This document shows positions 1 to 9,079 of a stretch of DNA of 64,000 bases, piece after piece. The stretch comes from an uncultured archaeon (GTDB lineage Archaea > Asgardarchaeota > Lokiarchaeia > Sigyniarchaeales > SOKP01), in contig CAZALK010000010.1 in assembly GCA_964486045.1 (NCBI GenBank), positions 64,001-128,000 on the forward strand. The letters run 5' to 3'. The notes under the pieces are model-generated. The model saw nothing but the letters and a program-made list of their open reading frames with translations. It was not told where the DNA came from and ran no database searches. Within the stretch, counting starts at the first letter, position 1. Each line of letters opens with the position of its first letter. The position numbers and the translations under genes were made by a program.

Positions 1-168
1 TTATACTTATTTAAATGTAAAAATCAACATTTAAGAATTAGGTTCCTTAATTATAAAAATAAAAACCGAATTTATATTGTTTAAAGGTCCTAAAGAATTG
101 AGAAATATTTAAATAAAAAAGTTTAGAGGTAGTTTGTTTTGATCTGTTTTGTCCTTTTCTCTTTTTAC

Positions 169-510
169 CTAACCAATTTGAGTCTTATAATGTTCCACGC
201 AAAACCATGTCTTAGATTTTTTATGATAAGTCATATCTCTATTATGTTTACTACATATTGGGCACTTTACAATAGAGGCTCTTAGAGGACGTTCAATATC
301 CCACCATTTATCAGAAAAACGCTTTAGTATTTCAATTTTTTCCTCAGATGGGTGAATATATTTTCCATTTTTATCATGCTTTAAGTTATGTTCTTGGTCA
401 CTAATTTCCATCTGTCTTTCTGCGCATTCCTTCAAAATAATTAATCATAAATTGTTCCTAGCTCTCTGTAATTTTGGATCTTTGATCCGTATAGTTCTAC
501 CGTTTTTCAT
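169..510 (-). pseudogene. Small Zn-finger protein interrupted by an in-frame TGA (445..447)
   Basis: ATG at 510 gives MKNGRTIRIKDPKLQRARNNL*LIILKECAERQ..., in frame with track ORF 169..435; C-terminal CPIC...WFCxxH motif. Confidence 0.4.
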
Positions 511-688
511 TTATATTCATGTTTATTTTAGTGTGTCTCAAATTTAAATCTTTGTAGAGCGACAGATTTCTAATACCTTAAATACTAAAAATTTGCCTTA
601 AATAGTAAATATCGGCAATGCTGAATACTCTACCTAATTTATATCCTCTATAATCTGATAGTTCTGCTAATGAATTAAGCAGATCACC

Positions 689-838
689 GTGCATTATACA
701 GAAGACGCCCCTCCTATTGAAACAACAGATACTATCATCCCTAATGATTCAATCTTCGGTTATTCAACTATAGTAATTGTTATTATACTGTTCTTCAGTA
801 TTTCAATTAGATTATTCAAAGACAGAAAAAAAATATAA
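689..838 (+). pseudogene. Orphan C-terminal fragment of a membrane-anchored surface protein (Loki-CTERM/PGF-CTERM-like tail)
   Basis: Reads VHYTEDAPPIETTDTIIPNDSIFGYSTIVIVIILFFSISIRLFKDRKKI*: P/T linker, IxGY, TM helix, basic tail; frame closed upstream by TGA at 671. Confidence 0.4.
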
Positions 839-954
839 AATTAATATCATCGTTTTTTTATTTTGATCTTGAGTAATAAAAATTTTTCTAAATGGCATTT
901 TACTAATCTTTCACTCCTATTTTTCTTTTATAAAGATTCATATTTTTATGGTGT

Positions 955-1209
955 ATGGTAGAATCGATTCATCTAAAAGAAATGGAAGACCTTGGTCTTA
1001 GCACTACGATAGAAGGATATTATGTTGAAGAAGATCAAAAATCAGTATCTATTAGGTTACCAAATAGTATGTCTTTTTGGGTACCTAAACGGTTTATTGA
1101 TACTCAATTTTTTAGGGAGACTGATCTCAAGCAAGAGTTCCTTATTGACAATTGGATACTGCGAAAGATCGGACTTAGGTTAGATAAGATCAAAAAAATA
1201 GATCGTTAA
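955..1209 (+). CDS. Hypothetical protein (small beta-rich domain)
   Basis: 84 aa ORF with ATG start and normal composition. Confidence 0.55.
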   Translation: MVESIHLKEMEDLGLSTTIEGYYVEEDQKSVSIRLPNSMSFWVPKRFIDTQFFRETDLKQEFLIDNWILRKIGLRLDKIKKIDR

Positions 1210-1441
1210 AATCTTTTTGGGCTTCTATATCTCGTATGAATTGCTGAAGTGGAGAATCATCCTCAATATAATGAAGAACATCTGAGTGTATCCAAGTAGT
1301 TAAAGGTTTGGCTTCTCTGTACTTTGCCTGTTCATCAGGGCTTAGTGTTAAGTACTCTGAATATTCCTTACACCATCGTATAACTTTATTACTTTTTGCG
1401 CGAAAGTAGTTTCTTTTCTTATGGAGGTTTTGGTAAAGCAA
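1190..1441 (-). CDS. Hypothetical protein, possibly a fragment
   Basis: 83 aa ORF, TTG start, overlaps neighbour by 20 bp. Confidence 0.3.
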   Translation of the reverse strand: MLYQNLHKKRNYFRAKSNKVIRWCKEYSEYLTLSPDEQAKYREAKPLTTWIHSDVLHYIEDDSPLQQFIRDIEAQKDFNDLFF

Positions 1442-1966
1442 ATTCAGCTGACATCAAAAGCACATCATAATTAAAATTTTCAAATTGCATTATTAGTTCA
1501 TTACCTAATGCACTTAGAATTAATATTCAATGGGAGAAGAAAGACGGGAACATCATTCTATATTAATTCCCCCATGTTCTTCCTTAATTTTGATATGAAA
1601 AGGGATTTTATCATTTTGTTTCTGTTCCACGCTTTGAAAAAAGAAATTTGGCATTAGTACAGGAAGGAAAAGAAAAAGGAAGTTAAGTTTTGTTCTTAAT
1701 AGATTCAATTTGAGATATTAAAGGCCACTGATTATAATTTAATTCTTTCTTATCGTATCTATTATTAAATTAGGAATTTATAAAGGGAAATCATTAATAA
1801 ATCCTCTGTCCCTTCACAAATATTGATGATTATTTCCTTCTTAAAGTCATGATAATACAAAACAAGACCAAAGGAAAAAGAACATTTACACCTGAACAAA
1901 AAGAGTAATATAAGACCAAGAAAGAAGCACAAAGTAGTGTTAAGAAATTTATACTTTATTTAATCG

Positions 1967-2926
1967 TTAAAAAAGATTTGAAATTAAATATGAAAACACC
2001 TCATCAATTCCTTCTCCTGTGAGTGCTGATGTTTCAAAAAAAGGGAAATCATATTCCTCTGCTAAATCTTGAGCTCTGGATCTAATTTCTTCCCGATCCA
2101 CTGCTATATCGATCTTATTTCCAACGAGAACAATTGGAATTGATTTATCTTTAATGAATTGATGAGTTTCTTTAATCCAATCAATTATATTATTAAAGGT
2201 CTCTATTCTAGAATAATCGAATAAAATTAGAACCGCATTTGAATAGTTATAATAATATTTTCTAACTTTAGCAAAGCTTTTTATTCCTCCTAGATCGAGG
2301 AGATATAATAATAGATTATAATTCTTTGAAATTTGTAATTTTTTTTCTATTATTGAAATTCCGATTGTAGGTTTGTAAGCTTCATTGTAAGTTCCCATAC
2401 AATACATTCGTACTAAAGCACTTTTCCCTGCTGATTCAGGTCCCACAACAACAATTTTATTTTGATTATTTTTAGTATACAGTGTCCTATTTTTAGGTTT
2501 AAATATTAATTGCATATTTTCGTTTAATTTTGGAATTTTTGATATAGACTCTTGATTATTTAGAATCAGTGATATTTTTTCTGCTGTTAAATAGGCATAT
2601 GGAATAATTTGATCAATATTTGAATAAGGATCTCCTATTAATACAAAAATTGCGGGAGTTACTTTTTTTAACTCCACAAAAAATAGTTGAAATTCATTGG
2701 TACTGAATGTTCCACATCCAAATGAAGTTTCAGCATATTGTCTAATTCTATTTATTGTTTGATCCAAAATTGACATAATAGCTCCTATCATTTCCTCATC
2801 AAATCCTCTGATTGACTGTTTAGCAATAATTAACCCATCTAAATCTAAAATAATGGTTGCTAATAATCCTTGTGTTTCATAAATTAAATCTGAAAGTATA
2901 TCTTCTAGTACTCCTAATTTTGACAT
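1967..2926 (-). CDS. Roadblock/LAMTOR domain fused to a Rab-like small GTPase
   Basis: N-terminal roadblock pattern (GLLATIILDLDGLIIA...EEMIGAIMS); G1 GPESAGKS, G2 YKPTIG, G3 DLGG, G4 NKID, G5 ETSAL; no C-terminal Cys. Confidence 0.9.
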   Translation of the reverse strand: MSKLGVLEDILSDLIYETQGLLATIILDLDGLIIAKQSIRGFDEEMIGAIMSILDQTINRIRQYAETSFGCGTFSTNEFQLFFVELKKVTPAIFVLIGDPYSNIDQIIPYAYLTAEKISLILNNQESISKIPKLNENMQLIFKPKNRTLYTKNNQNKIVVVGPESAGKSALVRMYCMGTYNEAYKPTIGISIIEKKLQISKNYNLLLYLLDLGGIKSFAKVRKYYYNYSNAVLILFDYSRIETFNNIIDWIKETHQFIKDKSIPIVLVGNKIDIAVDREEIRSRAQDLAEEYDFPFFETSALTGEGIDEVFSYLISNLF

Positions 2927-2932
2927 TAGTTT

Positions 2933-3598
2933 CTATAGATCCATATTATATTTGATGTTTAAAATTTTGAATAAATTCTTTAAAATATTCAGACTAGGAA
3001 TGAAGCACATTACACAATCTATTTTTATCTCTTTCAGTGCCAAGTTCGTTTTGATTAAAACCAAATAATCTGATATTTGAGAATATTTTGCAATAATTCT
3101 ATTTAGCATTGCATTTAATGTGTCAAGTGCTACTGTAGGAACATTAGGGACTAATTTAATTGACATTAAATCAGCTAAACCATTTGCATAATGCCCAGAT
3201 AATATGTTACCTATTTCAGTTATGATGCTTAACGAAAGCTCGTCAAGATCCTCACTAGTTCTTACGTTTTCAACAGAAAGATTAGAATCTTCATTCAGAT
3301 AATTAACTAAATTAAAGATTGATTCTTTTGTAAATATTTGAATAATTGATAAATCTGATGTAAGGTGGATTTCAGAATAGATCCCAAATACCTCAACTTT
3401 TGGGCTTTCAAATAATTCTTCTACCTTCCAGAAGGGAATAATATCAGCTGAAGTTAGTGAAACCTCTATTTCATAATTAAATAATTTTGAAAAAGCTGTA
3501 ATTGCATGCCCAGACCCGATGTTTCCAATTTCCTTTAACATGTCTAATTGTTCTGGAGTTAGGTGGAATTCTTCTGGTATCTTAAAATCGTTATTCAT
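2933..3598 (-). CDS. cheC: Chemotaxis phosphatase CheC
   Basis: Two D/S-x3-E-x2-N motifs (DMLKEIGN, SIITEIGN). Confidence 0.92.
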   Translation of the reverse strand: MNNDFKIPEEFHLTPEQLDMLKEIGNIGSGHAITAFSKLFNYEIEVSLTSADIIPFWKVEELFESPKVEVFGIYSEIHLTSDLSIIQIFTKESIFNLVNYLNEDSNLSVENVRTSEDLDELSLSIITEIGNILSGHYANGLADLMSIKLVPNVPTVALDTLNAMLNRIIAKYSQISDYLVLIKTNLALKEIKIDCVMCFIPSLNILKNLFKILNIKYNMDL

Positions 3599-3624
3599 TT
3601 TGTTTTTTCTCTTTTTTTTGATTT

Positions 3625-4173
3625 TTAATAAAATTTTTTAAAATCTGTTTCTCCAGTTGATTTTACATACAAGGAAAAATCGTTTGTGTCAAAAATCACG
3701 TTTCTCCCCTTTGAACCCCCAGTCTCTTCTTTGATAATTTGTATTTTTAATATATCTAATTCTTCCTTAACAGAAGCGATATTATTAAATCCCACATCAT
3801 TATTTTCTAAATCAAATATTTTTGAGCCTCCTATAATAAATGCCCTAATATTCTCTCTTACAGCACCATGATTTAGTAGTTCTTCCATTAATAATTTTAC
3901 AGAAAAGCTTGCGTATTTATGCGGATATTGGATTATTTTAGTTGGACTTGCTTTGGGTAATAAAATATGAGACATTGCGCTTAATTTGTTTATTTCGTCA
4001 AATAAAACCAGGGCAATGCACGAGCCCAATCCATAAATTGAAATAGTTGGTTTACGATTTGAAAGAAAGTTTTTGCTGTTAGAGAGTGCATAATGCCCAA
4101 TTAGTACAGATATATTTCCATTTCTATCCGTTTCCTTGATTTGATCAATTGGCTCTATAATACTCACCTTCAA
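3625..4173 (-). CDS. cheD: Chemoreceptor glutamine deamidase CheD
   Basis: GLGSCIAL...HILLP catalytic Cys/His; GGSKIF, ETGGSKGR motifs. Confidence 0.93.
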   Translation of the reverse strand: MKVSIIEPIDQIKETDRNGNISVLIGHYALSNSKNFLSNRKPTISIYGLGSCIALVLFDEINKLSAMSHILLPKASPTKIIQYPHKYASFSVKLLMEELLNHGAVRENIRAFIIGGSKIFDLENNDVGFNNIASVKEELDILKIQIIKEETGGSKGRNVIFDTNDFSLYVKSTGETDFKKFY

Positions 4174-4199
4174 TCATGGGTTTAAGTATTGAATATTTA

Positions 4200-5318
4200 T
4201 TATATAAATTTTGTTGCAAATTTAATCATATAATCATGAACTTTATATACTGGAAGTATTAGATTTGCTGCACCTAGCTTTGCTGCTGCTCTTGGCATCC
4301 CATAAATAACACATGTCTCCTCAGATTCAGCGATAGTTTTGCCACCATTATTTTTAATTGCTTTTAATCCCCTTGCACCATCATCTCCCAACCCTGTTAA
4401 TAGAATTCCCATTACATTATTTTTGTATATTTCTGCAGCTGAAAAAAATAAAACATCCACAGAAGGTTTGCAAAAATTGACTGGTTTATCATCAGATATT
4501 CGAATGTGAGGTCTATTTTTTATAGTTATAATCTTCGTGTGTTTTCCACCAGGACTCAAGTAAACATTACCGGGTAATATTCTCTCCCCATCGTCTGGGA
4601 TTTTTACGTTTATTTCACAAACTTGATCCAGAGATTTACTAAGTTGTTTCATAAAAAATGCATCAAGATGTTGAACGATCAAGATTGGGCTTGGAAAATC
4701 CTGAGGAATCTCTTTTAAAATAAATTTTAAAGTTCTTGGTCCACCGGTGCTGGTGCCTATTACTATTAAATTTGCTTCTAATATAAGTTGAGGAGCTTTT
4801 GGAAGATGTAACGGTTTGGGTTTTATTGGTGTTCTTATTTTTCTCTTTACTTCTAATTCATTAATAGATTGTTTGCTAATTGATTTTCTTATTAGATTAT
4901 TTCGTTTTTCATAACTTTTTTTTATTTTTGCTGCGTATAAAACACTTGAAACTAATTTTTCTTGAACCTTTGGGAATTCAGTTTTCCATAGACCTTTGGG
5001 TTTTATTATAAAATCTAATGCTCCTAAAAGTAACGCTTGAACAGAATTATCTAAGTTTTCTGGATTAAAAACTGAAAAAATTATAGTTGGTATTGGATAA
5101 TGTTCTGAAAGAAATTTTAATACTGTTAACCCGTCAACCTCAGGCATTATTAAATCTAATATTAATACATCAGGATTCAACTCTTCAATTTTTTCAATTG
5201 CCTCCCTCCCGTTTCGAGCAGTATCAACAGCAGAAATTTCATTGTGTGAAATTAGCATTTCAGAGATTAATTTTCTTTGATATGCTGAATCTTCTGCAAG
5301 TAATACTCTAACAGACAT
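4200..5318 (-). CDS. cheB: Chemotaxis response regulator / methylesterase CheB
   Basis: N-terminal REC (LDLIMP); methylesterase GTSTGG, VQHL, GLGDDG, KPSVD, YGMP. Confidence 0.96.
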   Translation of the reverse strand: MSVRVLLAEDSAYQRKLISEMLISHNEISAVDTARNGREAIEKIEELNPDVLILDLIMPEVDGLTVLKFLSEHYPIPTIIFSVFNPENLDNSVQALLLGALDFIIKPKGLWKTEFPKVQEKLVSSVLYAAKIKKSYEKRNNLIRKSISKQSINELEVKRKIRTPIKPKPLHLPKAPQLILEANLIVIGTSTGGPRTLKFILKEIPQDFPSPILIVQHLDAFFMKQLSKSLDQVCEINVKIPDDGERILPGNVYLSPGGKHTKIITIKNRPHIRISDDKPVNFCKPSVDVLFFSAAEIYKNNVMGILLTGLGDDGARGLKAIKNNGGKTIAESEETCVIYGMPRAAAKLGAANLILPVYKVHDYMIKFATKFI

Positions 5319-5326
5319 GATAATGT

Positions 5327-6358
5327 TTAATTGACCTTCATATATATTCGATTTAATGAGTCTACTAACTTTAAATTACTCTGGGAGCTAAAAATTGTTT
5401 CTGTTTTACCTATGATTAATAAGCCCCCTGCATTTAAACGATTTTCAATGATTTTTAAGAACTTATTTCTTGCAACTCTATTAATGTATATTAGGAGATA
5501 TCGACAAAAAATGATATCATAAACCTGTGATGTTTGATGGCCTTTCATTACATCTTCCCCAATAAACTTGATATACTTTTTTATTTTTTCATTTATAGTG
5601 TATGTAAATCCGAATCCCACTTTTTTCTTCAAAAAGTAATTTTTTTCAAAATACTTTGAAACATTTTTTGTTGATTCTTCGTTATACACTCCGATATTTG
5701 CTCTTTTAATAGCGTTTTCATCAATATCAGAAGCTATAATTCTGAATTTAGGAAATTGTGGAATTTGTTTTTTAAAATTATCTAAAATTATTGCAATAGA
5801 ATATGGTTCTTCACCGTTTGCACATGGACAAGACCAAATATTAATAGTCTCCTTAAATCTTTGGAAATTCTTCAGCTTTTTATATAAAATACTTTTTGGA
5901 ACGATTTTCTTTGCTGATAATTTATTTTTTAACCTGTGTTCTAAGTCCTTCTTTCTATTGGAAATCTTTTCAATTTTATTTGGTTTCTTTTCACTTTTTT
6001 TACGATATTTTCTTTCTGGATTGGGATGTAAATTACTAATTACATCTTCTCTTTTGTAATTTCCACTTTTTAATATAATGTCTTCCAATTGGTCATAAAC
6101 TTCCCAATTTCTAAAAAAAGTAGAATAATTGATATTAAAACTAATTAAAAATTTATTTATTTCTTTAGGATTTTCTACTAAATATTTGTAATACGATTCA
6201 AAGTTAGAACAATTAACACGAATCATTCGAGATTTAATTCTTTTCTCGATATGTTTTCTTTGATAATATCCTAGTTTTAACCCAGTTGTTTTATTCAAAA
6301 ATCGAATTAATAAATCATAAAAATCCTCATCAAATTTAATATCCTCAATTAGTATCAC
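5327..6358 (-). CDS. cheR: Chemotaxis methyltransferase CheR with a lysine-rich insertion
   Basis: INYSTFFRN, IWSCPCANGEEPYS, IIASDID, DIIFCRYLLIY, GGLLIIGKTE. Confidence 0.93.
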   Translation of the reverse strand: MILIEDIKFDEDFYDLLIRFLNKTTGLKLGYYQRKHIEKRIKSRMIRVNCSNFESYYKYLVENPKEINKFLISFNINYSTFFRNWEVYDQLEDIILKSGNYKREDVISNLHPNPERKYRKKSEKKPNKIEKISNRKKDLEHRLKNKLSAKKIVPKSILYKKLKNFQRFKETINIWSCPCANGEEPYSIAIILDNFKKQIPQFPKFRIIASDIDENAIKRANIGVYNEESTKNVSKYFEKNYFLKKKVGFGFTYTINEKIKKYIKFIGEDVMKGHQTSQVYDIIFCRYLLIYINRVARNKFLKIIENRLNAGGLLIIGKTETIFSSQSNLKLVDSLNRIYMKVN

Positions 6359-6368
6359 TTGTGAACAC

Positions 6369-6923
6369 TTATTTTTCTATTAATTTTTCAATTTCGGTAA
6401 ATCGTTCACTGATACGTTCAAATGAATACTTAATATGCATTTGGATTTCTTTAACTTCGGCAAAAAGCTTTCTTATATGAGATCTATCGGACTTTGATAA
6501 AACAAACTGATTTTTTGAATATATTTTATGAATTGGCTCATGTATAGATGGAGAAGAGACAAATGGCTCTAAAACCTCATCCCTACTAAATTCTTGTCTA
6601 GATTGCCCAGGAAAACTTAGATCAGAAACATCCTCTTTAATTTCTTTAAGTATACTAACGAATTCAGCAGGTTCAATGCCTTGTTTTATAACTTCATATT
6701 TGAAATTATAAAATTTCTTCTTAGTTTTAAGTTTTCCAGCCCAATTCGCTGCCATGTACCTATGAAACAACCGGGAGTGACTACCTGCCCAGATCCAAAT
6801 TAGTTTTAGTCCTTTATCTACAATTAAATAAACTTCAGAGGGATTGAACAACTTCTCTGGTCTGAGCTTGATTGTTTCACCGTCGACCTTATAAACATAA
6901 TCGTAATAGCTACTTTCTGTCAT
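6369..6923 (-). CDS. Single gelsolin-domain protein with a C-terminal helical/coiled-coil extension
   Basis: FNPSEVYLIVD-x5-IWIWAGSHS and VIKQGIEPAEF match the gelsolin-repeat pattern. Confidence 0.75.
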   Translation of the reverse strand: MTESSYYDYVYKVDGETIKLRPEKLFNPSEVYLIVDKGLKLIWIWAGSHSRLFHRYMAANWAGKLKTKKKFYNFKYEVIKQGIEPAEFVSILKEIKEDVSDLSFPGQSRQEFSRDEVLEPFVSSPSIHEPIHKIYSKNQFVLSKSDRSHIRKLFAEVKEIQMHIKYSFERISERFTEIEKLIEK

Positions 6924-7034
6924 TCTTTTGGGTTTTTAACGTATTGAGAAGAGTTTATTTTAATTTAGATTTCCTAGTAATTTGTACAAAATATAAAAAA
7001 AAATATTAGTTTGATTTATCGTTATTCAAATTTT

Positions 7035-9035
7035 CTACGAATAGAACCTTAATAGAGCATCTAATAATTCCTGGAGTGTTTCTAAGTTTGGAATAAATAA
7101 GAAAGTTCCTGTAATTTTAAAATCTGTTACAATCACGCTCGTATCTATAACTAGTGATAATTTCTTCAATAGCCCAATTTCTTCTTTTAGAATCCTAAAT
7201 AACTGTTGTCCAGTGTCTACAGACATGTCAGGAGGTTCTGTCATCAATTTTAAGCCAAGTAAATTACCAATTGCACTTACATAATGACTTCCAAGAATAT
7301 GTCCTAGTTCAGAGAGTGCACTTTTATAGAGGTCAGGAAAATCAGAAGCCTTGTTAATTTTCTTTCTTAAATCTATCTGCCTTTTACTAGTATCATCAAC
7401 TATTATTGAAGTAATGTCAACTGCATCTTTCAAATTAAATATTGTTAACACTGTAGCTCTTGCTCTTCCAACAACATTACTCCATGCAACTAAGAGTTTT
7501 TCATCTTTTCTGCTAATTGAATTTGCATAATCATCTAATTCCACCATCTGAACGGAAGGAATGTTGATATCAACTCTCTTGTTAATCATCTGAGCTAAGG
7601 CATTTGCAGCATTCCCTGCGCCTATATTACCAACTTCTTGAAGGGCATCTCTTTGAACTTCCGAGAGTTCAATTTTTGATAACTCCAGAAGTTCAGGAGC
7701 TTTTTTAGTTTTTGCTGGTGTTTCTGAAATTTCATGTCTAATTTCAAGTTTTTTAAAGATAATTGAGAGAGTTTCAATATCTGGAATAAAGAAGAACATA
7801 CCTTTTAGTTTTAAGTCAGATACTTTTATAGATGTCTGAATGATAATGAAAAAATCTGCAATCGCTTCAAATTCTTTTGAAAGAAATTCCCCTATTTCCC
7901 CAGCAGTACTCATAGTAAATTCAGGGACGTCAATCATTAGCTTTGTGCCAAGCAGATCAGCTAAGGCTGAAGCATAATGACCTGCCATAATGTTTCCCAT
8001 TTCTGTTATCGTGGATATAGCATAATCATCAAGATCCTTTTTAGTTTTAACCTTATTAGGTACAATCTTTGAATCTGGACCTGCTAAATCTGATATTAGA
8101 TGCATTAGGGGCTTCATTTCAAAGATATTCAGTATAGTTGCTGGAGAGGGCTTTTCTATATGACAAAAAATTCCACATACTTTATCATTTTTACCACCGA
8201 ATTGGCTTGGGAGTTCATCTAATGGAATTATGCCTACATCAGTGAGAGTTACGTCAATCTTCTTTTTTACTAATCTAGATAAAGCAGTGACTGCATTTCC
8301 TGTCCCAATATTCCCTAATTCTTTCAAAGTGTCTTGTTGTTCTGCTGATAAAACTACTAGCTTTTCTTTTTTAACTTTTTTAACTTTTTTGGTGGTTGTT
8401 GCTTTTGGTAGTTTTTGTTTCTTTTTTGGTGCTTGAACAATTTGTGGAATTACAAGCGTAGAATCAATATCTGGTCTATCAATTATCTTCGGTTGCACTT
8501 TAGGACGTTCTAGGCTTGTTGGCTTTATATCGATTTTTTTCTCAATTTTTCGACCCATTGATTTGATATATGGCTGAATTAAAGCATCTAAATCTAATAA
8601 TATCAAAGATTCATCCTCGAATACTCCGGTTAATTTTATTAGTTTAAAATCTATATTAGTCTTAACAATAGTTCCTTGTTTTTTGAAGATTGCAAGGGGT
8701 ATATCTCTAACACCGATTACTACATCTACTAACACTGCTATTTTAAGATTTCTGTATTCTAGCAATAAAATCCTTGAAAACTCATCGATGCCATAATCTA
8801 TATCATTCCCATATATATTATGTCTTAATGATATGATTGAGTAGATCTCCCCTCTTATACTGATAATGCCCACGATTGATTTATCTGTTAATGGTACAGA
8901 AACAATATCATCTCCGGGTACATAAATTTCCTTAATGTTTGAAACTTCGAGAAGATATTTTTCATCAAGCACTTGTATTATTACCACATTTATGTTTTCT
9001 CCAAATTCTATTTCTTCAGATTTACTTTTAAACAT
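7035..9035 (-). CDS. CheW-CheC-CheC fusion protein
   Basis: N-terminal CheW (VGIISIRGEIYSIISL, IAVLVDVVIGV), K/P-rich linker, two CheC domains (DTLKELGN, STITEMGN; DALQEVGN, SALSELGH). Confidence 0.9.
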   Translation of the reverse strand: MFKSKSEEIEFGENINVVIIQVLDEKYLLEVSNIKEIYVPGDDIVSVPLTDKSIVGIISIRGEIYSIISLRHNIYGNDIDYGIDEFSRILLLEYRNLKIAVLVDVVIGVRDIPLAIFKKQGTIVKTNIDFKLIKLTGVFEDESLILLDLDALIQPYIKSMGRKIEKKIDIKPTSLERPKVQPKIIDRPDIDSTLVIPQIVQAPKKKQKLPKATTTKKVKKVKKEKLVVLSAEQQDTLKELGNIGTGNAVTALSRLVKKKIDVTLTDVGIIPLDELPSQFGGKNDKVCGIFCHIEKPSPATILNIFEMKPLMHLISDLAGPDSKIVPNKVKTKKDLDDYAISTITEMGNIMAGHYASALADLLGTKLMIDVPEFTMSTAGEIGEFLSKEFEAIADFFIIIQTSIKVSDLKLKGMFFFIPDIETLSIIFKKLEIRHEISETPAKTKKAPELLELSKIELSEVQRDALQEVGNIGAGNAANALAQMINKRVDINIPSVQMVELDDYANSISRKDEKLLVAWSNVVGRARATVLTIFNLKDAVDITSIIVDDTSKRQIDLRKKINKASDFPDLYKSALSELGHILGSHYVSAIGNLLGLKLMTEPPDMSVDTGQQLFRILKEEIGLLKKLSLVIDTSVIVTDFKITGTFLFIPNLETLQELLDALLRFYS

Positions 9036-9079
9036 TTTAGTTACCTATTATTTTTTGATTAAATATATAAAAAAAAAAT

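Noticed and set aside
1445-1960. Possible decayed transposase or gene fragments downstream of the che cluster
   Set aside because: Short broken frames with no recognisable motif or terminal inverted repeats.
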